64,000 bases of DNA from the IMG/VR virus record IMGVR_UViG_3300025849_000009; one strand, written 5' to 3'. Of the stretch, positions 9,832 to 20,800 are shown one piece after another. Below the pieces are notes generated by a model. That model searched no databases, was not told the origin of the DNA, and saw nothing but the letters and a program-made list of their open reading frames with translations. The number at the start of each line of letters is the position of its first letter. Position 1 is the first letter of the stretch. The position numbers and the translations under genes were made by a program. This DNA comes from a virus.

Positions 9832-12555
9832 TTACGCAAAATTTCCAATGTAGTTAACTAATACTGCGTCAACATCTATTATAATATATGATATAATAGA
9901 TACTGCACCAGGAGTAGTTACCCATTGAATGTCAGCACCTGAGGGTGTTTTCATATAGGATGGTAATGCATTGTATCCTGCACCTACACCATTATAGATT
10001 ACTATAGTTCCAGATTGACCTACGTTGTCGTTACCTATGTTAGACATTGTAATATCAATTGATCCCGTTGCTGTAAATGCAAATGCGTCACCTTGATCAG
10101 GCTTAATGTCATAAACACCTCCAACACCGTTAACCGATATAATATCTCTTTTTAAAGCACCTGTTAAATATAAATCATGATGCTCAACATTTGAATCTGT
10201 TTTTGTATGTTGATCCATTGCAGTTGCATAGGTATTAGAAGTACCAGTATTACCTTTTAAACCTGAAGAACCTGAAGAACCACTTGATCCAGAAGATCCG
10301 TTAGTTCCATCAGTTCCTGAAGAACCTGAAGTTCCGTTTGTTCCTGAAGTTCCATTCGTTCCTGAAGTTCCATTCGTTCCTGAAGTTCCATTCGTTCCTG
10401 AAGAACCACTAGATCCACTTGAACCTGAAGTTCCGTTTGTTCCACTAGTTCCATCAGTTCCTGAAGAACCTGAAGTTCCGTTAGTTCCACTTGTACCGTC
10501 AGTTCCTGAACTTCCACTTGAACCTGAAGATCCGCTTGTACCATTCGTTCCACTTGTACCATTTGTACCAGACGTTCCATCAGTTCCTGAACTTCCACTT
10601 GATCCACTTGATCCTGAAGTTCCATCGGTTCCTGAAGTTCCGTTAGTTCCTGAAGTTCCATCAGTTCCTGAACTTCCACTTGAACCTGAACTTCCATCAG
10701 TTCCTGAAGAACCTGAACTTCCATTTGTTCCATTAGTCCCTGAAGAACCAGCTGGTCCTTGAATAGAACCGCCTCCAATCCAACCATCTGCTTGTGTAAA
10801 TACCCAAAGAGAATCGTCTGATTGTACTATATATGCATCACCGTCAGAATTACCGCTTGTTGGTAAATTTGATGATGTAGCTACTTGTCCTTGCATTGAA
10901 ACACCCCAACCTGGATTACCTTGTGCACCTGAAGATCCACTTGATCCAGAAGATCCACTAGAACCATCCGTTCCTGAAGAACCCGAACTTCCGTTTGTTC
11001 CATTCGTTCCACTTGTACCATTGATACCACTAGTTCCATCAGTTCCTGAACTTCCGTTTGTTCCACTTGTACCGTCAGTTCCTGAAGAACCTGAACTTCC
11101 ATTAGTTCCTGAAGTTCCATTCGTTCCTGAAGTTCCATTTGTTCCTGAAGTTCCATCAGTTCCTGAACTTCCACTTGAACCTGAAGATCCACTTGATCCG
11201 TTAGTTCCTGATGTTCCATTCGTTCCTGAAGTTCCATCAGTTCCTGAACTTCCATCAGTTCCTGAGCTTCCACTTGATCCGTCAGTTCCTGAAGTTCCAT
11301 TCGTTCCTGAAGTTCCATCAGTTCCTGAAGTTCCATCAGTTCCTGAAGAACCGCTTGAACCCGAACTTCCATTTGTTCCATCAGTTCCTGAACTTCCATT
11401 TGTTCCTGAAGTTCCATCAGTACCGCTTGTACCTGGAGCTCCTTTTTGTCCTTTAACACCGCTCGATCCAGAAGATCCGTTAGTTCCATTAATTGCTGGA
11501 GTTCCAGGAGCACCTTTAGCTCCGGTTGCACCAACGGGAATAGTAAAATCAAATTCAGCTGCAGTTGAGGTTCCAGTATTAGTAACACTTACTGGTGTAT
11601 TTTCTAATCCAGTAGATACTGTTCCTACTGCAATTGTACCTGTAATTCCTGAAGATCCGCTTGAACCTGAACTTCCGCTTGATCCATCAGTTCCTGATGT
11701 TCCAACATATACTACTCTACCTACAATTTCATTGCCATTTTGAGAATGAGTTAATATTAAATTATTTCCAGATAAAGTTGCTCCACTATAATTGTCACCT
11801 TTAACACCATCAACTCCACTTGTTCCATCCGTTCCTGAAGATCCACTAGAACCATCCGTTCCTGAAGTTCCGTTAGTTCCACTAGTACCATCAGTTCCTG
11901 AACTTCCACTTGATCCACTTGATCCTGAAGTTCCATCGGTTCCTGAAGTTCCGTTAGTTCCTGAACTTCCACTTGAACCGTTTGTTCCCGAAGAACCTGA
12001 AGTCCCACTTACACCACTCGTTCCATCAGTTCCTGAACTTCCACTTGATCCATTTGATCCCGAGGTTCCTGATGTTCCAACATCACCAATAGGTTGAATA
12101 AACATAAATAAAGAATCATTATCACTAACATTATTCCAATTAGAACTTGAAATAGGTTGTAAGTTAAATGTTCTTTGTCCAGAAGCAGTTGTGTTTCCTG
12201 TTACATAGAATGATTTATTTGCATTACCATCAGTTGATTTTGCTAATACAATAATAGACTTATAACTATTAGATGAAGCGACTGCAGCATTTAATGTTAC
12301 GGTTGCTGAACCACCTCTAGCATTAGTTTCACTTACAATTATTTTACTAGGATTACTAGGATTATCAAACGCTAAATCACCAGAAGAAACTGTCGTGGGA
12401 TTTGTTGCGTTATTATAAACATAAGGAAGTCCAAACGTATTTGGTAATTGTTGGTTTTCATACTTTCCGGTACTTGCATTATATGACAATACTTCACCAG
12501 TAGATGGAGAAGAAGATAAAAAGTCAAGTATTTGTTTTAATTTCAATTGAGACAT
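9832..12555 (-). CDS. Collagen-like (Gly-[14 protein letters not shown]) putative tail or virion fibre, 907 aa
   Basis: Long G-x-y runs interrupted by a GDAYIV...W...GSIQG module; globular N- and C-termini typical of phage fibres. Confidence 0.8.
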   Translation of the reverse strand: MSQLKLKQILDFLSSSPSTGEVLSYNASTGKYENQQLPNTFGLPYVYNNATNPTTVSSGDLAFDNPSNPSKIIVSETNARGGSATVTLNAAVASSNSYKSIIVLAKSTDGNANKSFYVTGNTTASGQRTFNLQPISSSNWNNVSDNDSLFMFIQPIGDVGTSGTSGSNGSSGSSGTDGTSGVSGTSGSSGTNGSSGSSGTNGTSGTDGTSGSSGSSGSSGTDGTSGTNGTSGTDGSSGSSGTDGTSGVDGVKGDNYSGATLSGNNLILTHSQNGNEIVGRVVYVGTSGTDGSSGSSGSSGSSGITGTIAVGTVSTGLENTPVSVTNTGTSTAAEFDFTIPVGATGAKGAPGTPAINGTNGSSGSSGVKGQKGAPGTSGTDGTSGTNGSSGTDGTNGSSGSSGSSGTDGTSGTDGTSGTNGTSGTDGSSGSSGTDGSSGTDGTSGTNGTSGTNGSSGSSGSSGSSGTDGTSGTNGTSGTNGTSGTNGSSGSSGTDGTSGTNGSSGTDGTSGINGTSGTNGTNGSSGSSGTDGSSGSSGSSGSSGAQGNPGWGVSMQGQVATSSNLPTSGNSDGDAYIVQSDDSLWVFTQADGWIGGGSIQGPAGSSGTNGTNGSSGSSGTDGSSGSSGSSGTDGTSGTNGTSGTDGTSGSSGSSGSSGTDGTSGTNGTSGTNGTSGSSGSSGSSGTDGTSGTNGTSGSSGTDGTSGTNGTSGSSGSSGSSGTNGTSGTNGTSGTNGTSGTNGTSGSSGTDGTNGSSGSSGSSGSSGLKGNTGTSNTYATAMDQHTKTDSNVEHHDLYLTGALKRDIISVNGVGGVYDIKPDQGDAFAFTATGSIDITMSNIGNDNVGQSGTIVIYNGVGAGYNALPSYMKTPSGADIQWVTTPGAVSIISYIIIDVDAVLVNYIGNFA

Positions 12556-12641
12556 GAATGATTTATTCTTTTTTACGTTATATTATATATCTTGTTAATG
12601 TACCAACTTTTTAGTCCCTGGAAGAAACTAACAAAAAAACA

Positions 12642-13247
12642 TTATTTTTTATTAGTTAATAATGACATAAAATTAAGATGTTGTTTTAATATATCTAATT
12701 TTGAGTCATTGTTTGTTGTTTTATACCAGTTCCACGGTGTTGAATTTAATATATTTTCTTGTTTATTTTTTAGTTTTAATATACTTTCTTCTATAGATCT
12801 AATTTGATCATATGCCGAAGAAGGTAATTCTATTTCTAATTTAATTGCACATGTTATTAAACTTGCCCAATCTTCAGTTTCATTGGCATCTACCAAATCC
12901 TCATATATCTTTTTATATTTATCTTTTTTATCATGTGAAATGTCATGTGTTAATTTATCAGGGTGACACTTTATGACCGATTTTCTAAATAATTTTTTAA
13001 AATCTGGGTGTTTATTAGTTTCTTTTTCTAAATCTTCCTCTTCTTTCTTACTATTTGCCCATGAATCAGCAGCATTTTCCATTTCTTCAGATTCTAATAT
13101 ACCATCATTATCAATTTCTGAAAGTTCTTGCATAAATTTATTTTTTATTTCAGAATTAGCAGTTTTTATATCTTCTAAATCTTCTAATAAAAATTCATAC
13201 TCTCTAATTAATCTTTTAAAAATTATTTTGTTAGGATCAATAGACAT
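12642..13247 (-). CDS. J-domain (DnaJ-like) protein
   Basis: FKKLFRKSVIKCHPDK, HPD motif in a helical context. Confidence 0.7.
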   Translation of the reverse strand: MSIDPNKIIFKRLIREYEFLLEDLEDIKTANSEIKNKFMQELSEIDNDGILESEEMENAADSWANSKKEEEDLEKETNKHPDFKKLFRKSVIKCHPDKLTHDISHDKKDKYKKIYEDLVDANETEDWASLITCAIKLEIELPSSAYDQIRSIEESILKLKNKQENILNSTPWNWYKTTNNDSKLDILKQHLNFMSLLTNKK

Positions 13248-13250
13248 ATA

Positions 13251-14462
13251 TTACTTATATAGATTTGTTTTCCAATCATATGTAGATCTTAGTTTATGAT
13301 CCTTAATTCCCATTGTGGTTTCAATTAATTGTTTATATGTTTCTATTAAACCCTCGTTAAATACAGTATATCTAGTTAAAACCCTTTCGCTATTTTCATT
13401 ATATGCTTCTATGTTATTGTCATGATTTTCGATAGCCTGTTTAAGTTGTCGAGAACCCTGTCCAATTAAGTTACCATCATAATAATATCCGGCGTCCTTA
13501 ATCATGTGTGCGTTATGTACTAGTGGAAACTGTAAATAGAGTGCGTCTAAGTATGAATAATTTAATGGATTAGTATGTTGGTGTGCAATAACTACATCTG
13601 TTAATTGGGCCATAGCATCAATAGCTCTTAGTCTAGGGAGGTATGATAATTTATGATCTGTTGTTCCAGATAATTTACATAATGAAAGGTGTGTTAATAA
13701 AGATTGATAATATTTGTTTTTTATAATGTCTTCACCACACATGATATTTAGTTTTTTAAATTTACCTCCTTTATTATAATAATCTTCTGCTATCAATAAA
13801 TTTATAAAGTGCCATTTTTGTGTGCCAATATTGGGTTCAAAACATGCAATTTGTTTGTCTTTATTTTCTTTTCCAGGAACATACACTGGAACTGGTCTGT
13901 TTTCAATTATTGTCTTTGGATTATTATACACTTCACATGTTTTGTCTAAAAATACAGGATCCCATACAAAAGGAACGGGTCTTACTTTATTTACTGGTAA
14001 ATTATGCATTACTCTATAATATTCAATATTATTTTCGCCCTGTTGTGGAACATACCACGCTTCGTCCAATAATTGATTATATCCGGTAGCATCAGGTCCA
14101 ATATTAAACATAGCACCCTCTAAATCATTCAGATAATTATTACCACAAATATATTTGACTACTTTTTTACCATAACCTGTTTTCTTAAACTCCTCTATAG
14201 TTTTATCGCCGTAAGTTGCACCCAACCAAATCATAAGATCTGTATCTGCATACTTGTCATAGTAATCGTATATTGGGAATTGTTCAATATCCCATGTTAC
14301 TTTGTTCTCATAAGGAGCTTTGACTTCACTTGCATTTAATATGTATACATTATATCCTATTTCTTTCAAAGCTTTTAATAAATAAAGCGCATTTAGTTTT
14401 ATACCATTTATCCAAAGACTTTCATTCTCTGATCCTAAACTTATAGTAATTCCTATATTCAT
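13251..14462 (-). CDS. DUF2827-family putative glycosyltransferase
   Basis: IGITI...SLWINGIKLN, CGNNY, VPFVWDP, FEPNI, HQHTNPLNYSYLDALY...PLVHN...GYYY motifs. Confidence 0.7.
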   Translation of the reverse strand: MNIGITISLGSENESLWINGIKLNALYLLKALKEIGYNVYILNASEVKAPYENKVTWDIEQFPIYDYYDKYADTDLMIWLGATYGDKTIEEFKKTGYGKKVVKYICGNNYLNDLEGAMFNIGPDATGYNQLLDEAWYVPQQGENNIEYYRVMHNLPVNKVRPVPFVWDPVFLDKTCEVYNNPKTIIENRPVPVYVPGKENKDKQIACFEPNIGTQKWHFINLLIAEDYYNKGGKFKKLNIMCGEDIIKNKYYQSLLTHLSLCKLSGTTDHKLSYLPRLRAIDAMAQLTDVVIAHQHTNPLNYSYLDALYLQFPLVHNAHMIKDAGYYYDGNLIGQGSRQLKQAIENHDNNIEAYNENSERVLTRYTVFNEGLIETYKQLIETTMGIKDHKLRSTYDWKTNLYK

Positions 14463-14499
14463 GTTGATATTTGGTTTTTATTATATATTAGATTTAATT

Positions 14500-14535
14500 A
14501 AAAAGGCCCGCCCGATTGGGCGAGCCTTTAAAAAA
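14500..14535 (-). terminator. Rho-independent terminator
   Basis: AAAAGGCCCGCCC-GATT-GGGCGAGCCTTT GC-rich hairpin flanked by A/T tracts. Confidence 0.75.
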
Positions 14536-14569
14536 TTAATACTTAAATTAAGTATTGTAGATTGAGTTA

Positions 14570-15808
14570 TTACTCAGCAACACCTCTAACGATAATGTCA
14601 TCAGTGTTTTCTAAGTCATAACCTAAACCAGAAACTGTGAAGTTTTCGCCATCAGTAGTCGTGTAATCTGTAATCTGTAAACCGTTAACGAATACTAAGA
14701 TATCGTCATTGTCTAAGTCGATTTCAGTTGCAACGCTAAACGTAGTTGAAGTACCAAATGTTGCAGTTTGCTCAAGCTTATCAGTTCCAGCAAGACTAGA
14801 AATTTCACCTCTTAATACAGATAAGATGCTAGTTTCTCTTCCGTCTGTGTAAGTGTTAGCATTTGTTTGAGCAGCAGATTGTGCAGCGTTAGCTTTTGAT
14901 GTTGCATCAGCGGCAGCAGTAGCTACAGCGTCAGATTCAGCAACGTCAGCGTAAGACTTTGCAGAAGAAAGAACGATTCCATCTAATCTTCCTGCTTCAG
15001 ACTCAGCATCTAACTCAGCTTGATCAGCATAAACCTTAGCAGAGCTTAATGCAGTTGCAGCAGAACCAACAGCATCGTAGTTACTAGCTAAACCATCAGC
15101 ATAGCTTTCAGCAGCAGCTTCTGCAGCGTTAGCTTTTGATGTTGCGTCAGCGGCAGCAGTAGCTACAGCGTCAGATTCAGCAACGTCAGCGTAAGACTTA
15201 GCAGAGCTTAATACTACAGCATCTGCAGAAACTGCAGTTGAAATTGCAGTAGAATCACCTGTTGAAATTGCAGCAGATAATCCGTCTACATCACTAGTGT
15301 CTAATCCATCTACGAAAGTCTTAATCTCAGCAAATGTATCCAACGTAGAGTCAGAATCCAATAATAATGCATCAATTCTATCTTTTTGTAAGTCAGAGTG
15401 AGACTGTGCAGAAGAAAGAACGATTGCATCCAATCTTCCTGCTTCAGATTCAGCATCTAACTCAGCTTGATCAGCATAAGACTTAGCAGAGCTTAATGCA
15501 GTTGCAGCAGCGCCAGCAGCATCATAGTTACCAGCTAAACCATCAGCATACCCTTCAGCAGCAGATTGTGCAGCGTTAGCTTTTGATGTTGCATCAGCGG
15601 CAGCAGTAGCTACAGCGTCAGATTCAGCAACGTCAGCATAAGACTTAGCAGAGCTTAACAATACAACATCTGCAGAAACTGCAGTTGAAATTGCTTCAGA
15701 CTTTGCGACTGAAATACCCGTTACGGTACCTGTTCCGATTGCTCCGTCATGTACAGCCGCAACTGCAGATACGAAATCAGAAATTTGTTTTACTTTTAAT
15801 TGTGCCAT
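14570..15808 (-). CDS. Ala-rich repeat (coiled-coil) virion structural/fibre protein
   Basis: About three near-identical long repeats (LSSAKSYADVAESDAVATAAADATSKANAA); C-terminal ILVFVNGLQ beta domain common in phage structural proteins; N-terminus QLKVKQI resembles QLKLKQI of the 907-aa fibre. Confidence 0.7.
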   Translation of the reverse strand: MAQLKVKQISDFVSAVAAVHDGAIGTGTVTGISVAKSEAISTAVSADVVLLSSAKSYADVAESDAVATAAADATSKANAAQSAAEGYADGLAGNYDAAGAAATALSSAKSYADQAELDAESEAGRLDAIVLSSAQSHSDLQKDRIDALLLDSDSTLDTFAEIKTFVDGLDTSDVDGLSAAISTGDSTAISTAVSADAVVLSSAKSYADVAESDAVATAAADATSKANAAEAAAESYADGLASNYDAVGSAATALSSAKVYADQAELDAESEAGRLDGIVLSSAKSYADVAESDAVATAAADATSKANAAQSAAQTNANTYTDGRETSILSVLRGEISSLAGTDKLEQTATFGTSTTFSVATEIDLDNDDILVFVNGLQITDYTTTDGENFTVSGLGYDLENTDDIIVRGVAE

Positions 15809-15867
15809 GTTTTATATATGTTATTTTTAGGCCTAAGGACATTATTGTCCTCTTGATATTATATATA

Positions 15868-15907
15868 AAAAATGCCGAACATTTTACGTCATGCTCGGCA
15901 TCTTTTT
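15868..15907 (-). terminator. Probable intrinsic terminator
   Basis: ATGCCGAACAT...ATGCTCGGCAT inverted repeat flanked by A and T tracts. Confidence 0.55.
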
Positions 15908-15936
15908 AAGTTTTTTTTATATTAATTTATATTATA

Positions 15937-17811
15937 TTAATCTAAACTTGATTTTTCGTATCCAACATCGATATCATCTGTTGCATCTAATTCATAACCT
16001 GCAATTGAGCCGTTCCAATAAAGAGTATCTCCGGCTGCAATGTCTTTAATTAATCTTGCAGATGTTCCACCGTCATTTGAAAAATAAGATGCTTCTGATT
16101 TAACTCCGTCACCTAGATTAATTTCCATGCCATTTACTTTAATAGTTACTACTGAATCATCAAATGGTGTATATGTTATATTAATTCCTGTTGAATCACC
16201 ATCATTAGCTGTAACATTAGATATTTTATTTAAATCTGTAGATGTGCTAACACCACGTGCAGTTGTTCCACCGCCACTTGATTCAATTAATAATAAATAA
16301 GGAACTCTACCTGAATTTGAAGAAACCGCTCCATTAGAATTAATCCATCCACCAGTAATTGGTGAACCTGTAATTTCAATTGGACCACCAGCTGCTCTAT
16401 TCAAAGTTAAAACTGGAGCACCAACTGTAGCTGACATTCCAATTCCTGTCCACGATGCAGTTCCTACAACATTATTACCAAACGCTGCTGGATTTACATT
16501 AGTTAAAACAACTTGAGTAGCTGATCCCTTTGTTGAGATTTTTACAGTTTGCCCATCGTATGCAGACATAGTTACTAGTCCAGCTTCAAGATCTAAACCA
16601 CCTGCATTAATAGCCGCTTGAAATTTAGCTAATATTGCCGTTGGAGAAATAACATCATAAACATCTCCTAAATTTAATGTATCGTCCGGATTATCAAATA
16701 AAATAGTTTGTGGTGGATTTACACCATCGCCTATTGTAATTTCACCAATTGCAGGTGTATCACCTTGTTTACCCGTTACAATATAAGAATCACTTACACT
16801 ATAATAATCGTTAGATGCATAGTTAGGTTCTATATCACCTCCTTGAATACTTACTGGAGTTGCTGATGCAGTCGCAGTAACATCTAATCCAAGATTATTA
16901 ATATTTGTTTTAAAGTCATTAATAGAAGTTACGCTATCTCCATTAGGACCGTCATGTACAGTAGTACCATTAATAATAACAACATCGCTAGATCCTGGTA
17001 ATGCAGTTCCTACTATTTTAGAAGAAGCTATTTTATTATTCAATTGTAAATAACTTGCTTTGCCACCCGCAACTGTTGTGATTTCACCTGGATTATTTAA
17101 GTCTGTATAATAAATAGAACCCGGTGAACCTGTTAATGCTTCTGGATTTTTATAATTTCTAATAATATCATTAAATGGTTTTACGAATACATCTTTACCA
17201 CTTCTAATACTGTCTAATACTGTACCTATTTTTTGATTTATAGCACCAACTGCTCCGAATTTTACTAAATCTCCACTTGTATTAATTGTTATTACATCAC
17301 CTTTGTCAACAGAAGGTGCAGAAGTATGTGAAAATTTAACTCTATCATCGGCCTCGTTTACAACAAATCTACTTTGTACTTTATCTAAACCACCTGCAGC
17401 AAATGCACTAGTATCAGTAATGATTGCTTCTCCTTCAGAATTATTACTAAATACAATAATACCTCCACCTTGTGCGAAAGAATTAATATTATTTAATCTA
17501 AAAGATAACATATCTACATCTTCTGCAATTAATTCTACAATACCTTCGGTTTTGGCTGAGATTGATTTAATTCTTAAGATCGTTTGACCTTGAGCATCTG
17601 ATATCCACATTCCTTCAGAAACGTCGATGCCGTTATATTCGTTTGCTTTTCTAGAGGAACCATCTCCAGTTGATTGTGCATTTACAGAAATCGTTATGTT
17701 ATAAGTTTGATTCTGTAAAGACATTCCTGTTCCATCGTTTTCTCCGTAAGCCAATTGGCCACTAATCGTGGATACAGTTCCATTTAAGGTTATTGGTGTA
17801 AATGTTGACAT
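15937..17811 (-). CDS. Putative virion structural protein (beta-rich), 624 aa
   Basis: G/S/T/N-rich composition; C-terminal VTIKVNG...GYELDATDDI similar to the C-terminus of 14570..15808. Confidence 0.6.
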   Translation of the reverse strand: MSTFTPITLNGTVSTISGQLAYGENDGTGMSLQNQTYNITISVNAQSTGDGSSRKANEYNGIDVSEGMWISDAQGQTILRIKSISAKTEGIVELIAEDVDMLSFRLNNINSFAQGGGIIVFSNNSEGEAIITDTSAFAAGGLDKVQSRFVVNEADDRVKFSHTSAPSVDKGDVITINTSGDLVKFGAVGAINQKIGTVLDSIRSGKDVFVKPFNDIIRNYKNPEALTGSPGSIYYTDLNNPGEITTVAGGKASYLQLNNKIASSKIVGTALPGSSDVVIINGTTVHDGPNGDSVTSINDFKTNINNLGLDVTATASATPVSIQGGDIEPNYASNDYYSVSDSYIVTGKQGDTPAIGEITIGDGVNPPQTILFDNPDDTLNLGDVYDVISPTAILAKFQAAINAGGLDLEAGLVTMSAYDGQTVKISTKGSATQVVLTNVNPAAFGNNVVGTASWTGIGMSATVGAPVLTLNRAAGGPIEITGSPITGGWINSNGAVSSNSGRVPYLLLIESSGGGTTARGVSTSTDLNKISNVTANDGDSTGINITYTPFDDSVVTIKVNGMEINLGDGVKSEASYFSNDGGTSARLIKDIAAGDTLYWNGSIAGYELDATDDIDVGYEKSSLD

Positions 17812-17835
17812 AGTTTGCTTTCTATATTATTATTT

Positions 17836-17853
17836 GGGCGACCGAAGTCGCCC
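17836..17853 (-). other. Perfect GC-rich intergenic hairpin with UUCG loop
   Basis: GGGCGAC-TTCG-GTCGCCC on the minus strand; no T tail on that strand, so possibly an mRNA stabiliser or processing site rather than a terminator. Confidence 0.55.
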
Positions 17854-17866
17854 TTAGTTTGGTTTA

Positions 17867-20800
17867 TTAAAATTTAAATATTATAAATGCGTGAGCTTCT
17901 TTAGTTGTTTGACCGAATCCACCAGCATTTCTTACTGCATCGATATTACCCATACCTAAATCTAATTTAATTTTAGCTGCACTAAAGTTAGTGAATAAAT
18001 CAGTTGTAACTTGATTACCAATACTAAAACTAGATGAGTGCGCAGATTCTGTAATACCCTGTGCATAGAATGATGCGTTGTTACCACCACCGTCTAAATG
18101 TGTTATAACATATCTTGAATTGTTGGCTTGATATGCATATACAAGGATTGCTTTCGGTGGTTGATTTTGACCACTGAATGAAAATTCTTGATTATCACCA
18201 GCACGTGTTCCTATAGATGCGTTAGATGTTTCAAATACACCTGATCCACTTGGATCGATAAATTCACACCCACCTAAAGCTTGCGATGCAGTGTATTCTG
18301 CTCTTACACAATAATAAGTTCCACCTGATCCAGTTGCAACGTCTGACCATTCAACTGCGTAATCAACATTTGAAGATTTAACAAGTGCTTGACCCGTTGT
18401 TCCTCCTCCTGCAATTCCAGATCCATTTGCTCCAGCTGCTCCTTCCGGCCCCTGTGGTCCTTCCGGTCCTTGCGGTCCGGTGGCTCCATTAGCTCCGTCA
18501 ACTCCATCAATACCTGAAGTTCCGGCGTCACCTTGATCACCTTTAACTCCATTGATTCCAGATGTTCCATTAACTCCTGAAGTTCCATTTGTTCCTGAAG
18601 TTCCGGCGTCACCTTGATCACCTTTAGCTCCATCAACTCCTGAAGTTCCATCAACTCCTGATGTTCCATCGTTTCCATCAACTCCTGAAGTTCCATTTGT
18701 TCCTGAAGAACCATCTGTTCCTGAAGTTCCAGCGTCACCTTGATCACCTTTAGCTCCGTCAACTCCTGAAGTTCCATCGTTTCCATCAACTCCTGAAGTT
18801 CCATTAACTCCTGAAGTTCCATTTGTTCCTGAAGTTCCAGCGTCACCTTGATCACCTTTAGCTCCATCAATTCCAGATGTTCCGTCAACTCCTGAAGTTC
18901 CAGCATCACCTTGATCACCTTTAGCTCCATTAATTCCTGAAGTTCCAGCGTCACCTTGATCACCTTTAGCTCCATCAACTCCTGAAGTTCCATTTGTTCC
19001 TGAAGTTCCAGAAAGTCCTGAAGTTCCGTCGCTTCCGTCAACTCCATCAATACCTGAAGTTCCATCAACTCCTGAAGTTCCACTAATTCCTGAAGTTCCA
19101 TTGTTTCCGTCAACTCCATTATTACCAGCATCACCTTTATCACCTTGAGGACCTTGATCTCCTTGATCTCCTTTAAGACCATTAATTCCTGAAGAACCAT
19201 TAGTTCCTGAAGTTCCATCGTTTCCATCAACTCCATTAATACCTGAAGTTCCATCAACTCCAGATGTTCCACTAATTCCAGAAGTTCCATCTACACCATT
19301 GTTACCAATATTACCTTGATCACCTTTGGCTCCATCAACTCCTGAAGTTCCATTTATTCCTGAAGTTCCATTAACTCCTGAAGTTCCATCGTTTCCGTTA
19401 TTTCCTGGAAGACCTTGATCACCTTGATCACCTTTGGCTCCATTGTTTCCGTCAACTCCATCAATACCTGAAGTTCCATCAACTCCTGAAGAACCTGAAA
19501 CACCTGAAGTTCCATCATTACCATTGATGCCGTTAGCTCCATCTTTACCAGATGTTCCATCGACACCGCTTGCACCTTGATCACCTTTAAGACCTTGTGC
19601 ACCGTCTGCTCCATTAACTCCGCTTGTTCCGTCAACTCCATCGTTTCCGTCAATACCAGATGTTCCACTAATACCTGACGTTCCAGCGTCACCTTGATCA
19701 CCTTTAAGACCTTGAATACCTTGATCACCTTGATCACCTTTAAGACCTTGAAGACCTTGATCACCTTGATCACCTTTAGCTCCATCAACTCCATTGACTC
19801 CATTGACTCCATCAACTCCATCAATACCTGAAGTTCCATCATCACCTTTAGCACCGTCAATACCTGAAGTTCCAGATTGGCCGTTAATTCCAGATGTTCC
19901 ATCAACTCCATTAATACCTGAAGTTCCATCTAATCCTCTTAAACCTTGTGCTCCGTCAACTCCACTTGTTCCATCAGTACCTGAAGTTCCAGCTTGACCA
20001 ATATCACCTTGTGCTCCTGTTTCACCATCTTTACCAGATGTTCCATCGACACCCCTTAGACCTTGTTCACCTTGAAGACCTTGATCACCTTGATCACCTT
20101 TAGCACCATCAATTCCTGAAGTTCCATCAATTCCTGAAGAACCAGATGTTCCAGAAGTTGTAACAGTTACTGAAGGGAAAACAACTTCAACTTTTCCGTC
20201 ATTTAAATTATTAATAACTGCACCTCCTGAAAACGTAAGACTATTAACCTCGTCAATAGCTACATCGCCTTGTGGTATAATTGAAATACCAGCTGATGGT
20301 GAAGAATAAGATTCGCTAAAAATACCAAGTTCATCACCTACTCCGATCTTATAATCAGATCCAGAAATAAATGAATTTCCTTCTGATTGTACGTGTAATT
20401 CAATAGCATCACTTGAGTCGTTGTTTATTGGATTATCAGGATTAACATTTAATACATCTACATATGACCATGTTTTAATTTCAAATGCAGAGTATTCACT
20501 ATTGTTATTTACATTGGTTAAGAATAAAGAAACTTTAACTCCGTCAACATTAATTCTATTTAATAGTATAGACTCTAAATAATTATTTCTATATCCTTTA
20601 TCGTCTGTTAAAGCAATTCTAATTTTAGTAACACCATTAGGATCTTCGTCATTTATAACTAATTCTCCACTAGCAGGTTTATCTGTAGAACTTAAAGACT
20701 TAACTTTATATACAGCACCAGGTAATGTGAATCTACTTGCAACTATATCACCTATTTTATCACCAGCATCATAGATATTGGCAAGTTTTAATGTTGGTAG

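Noticed and set aside
3611-12097. Many long overlapping ORFs (Val-rich, VPEVP-rich, MELQEL-rich) on the opposite strand or in alternate frames, also at 18-20 kb and 46-55 kb
   Set aside because: They are shadows of low-complexity Thr and Gly-x-y codon repeats that lack stops in other frames; no independent motifs or expression signals.
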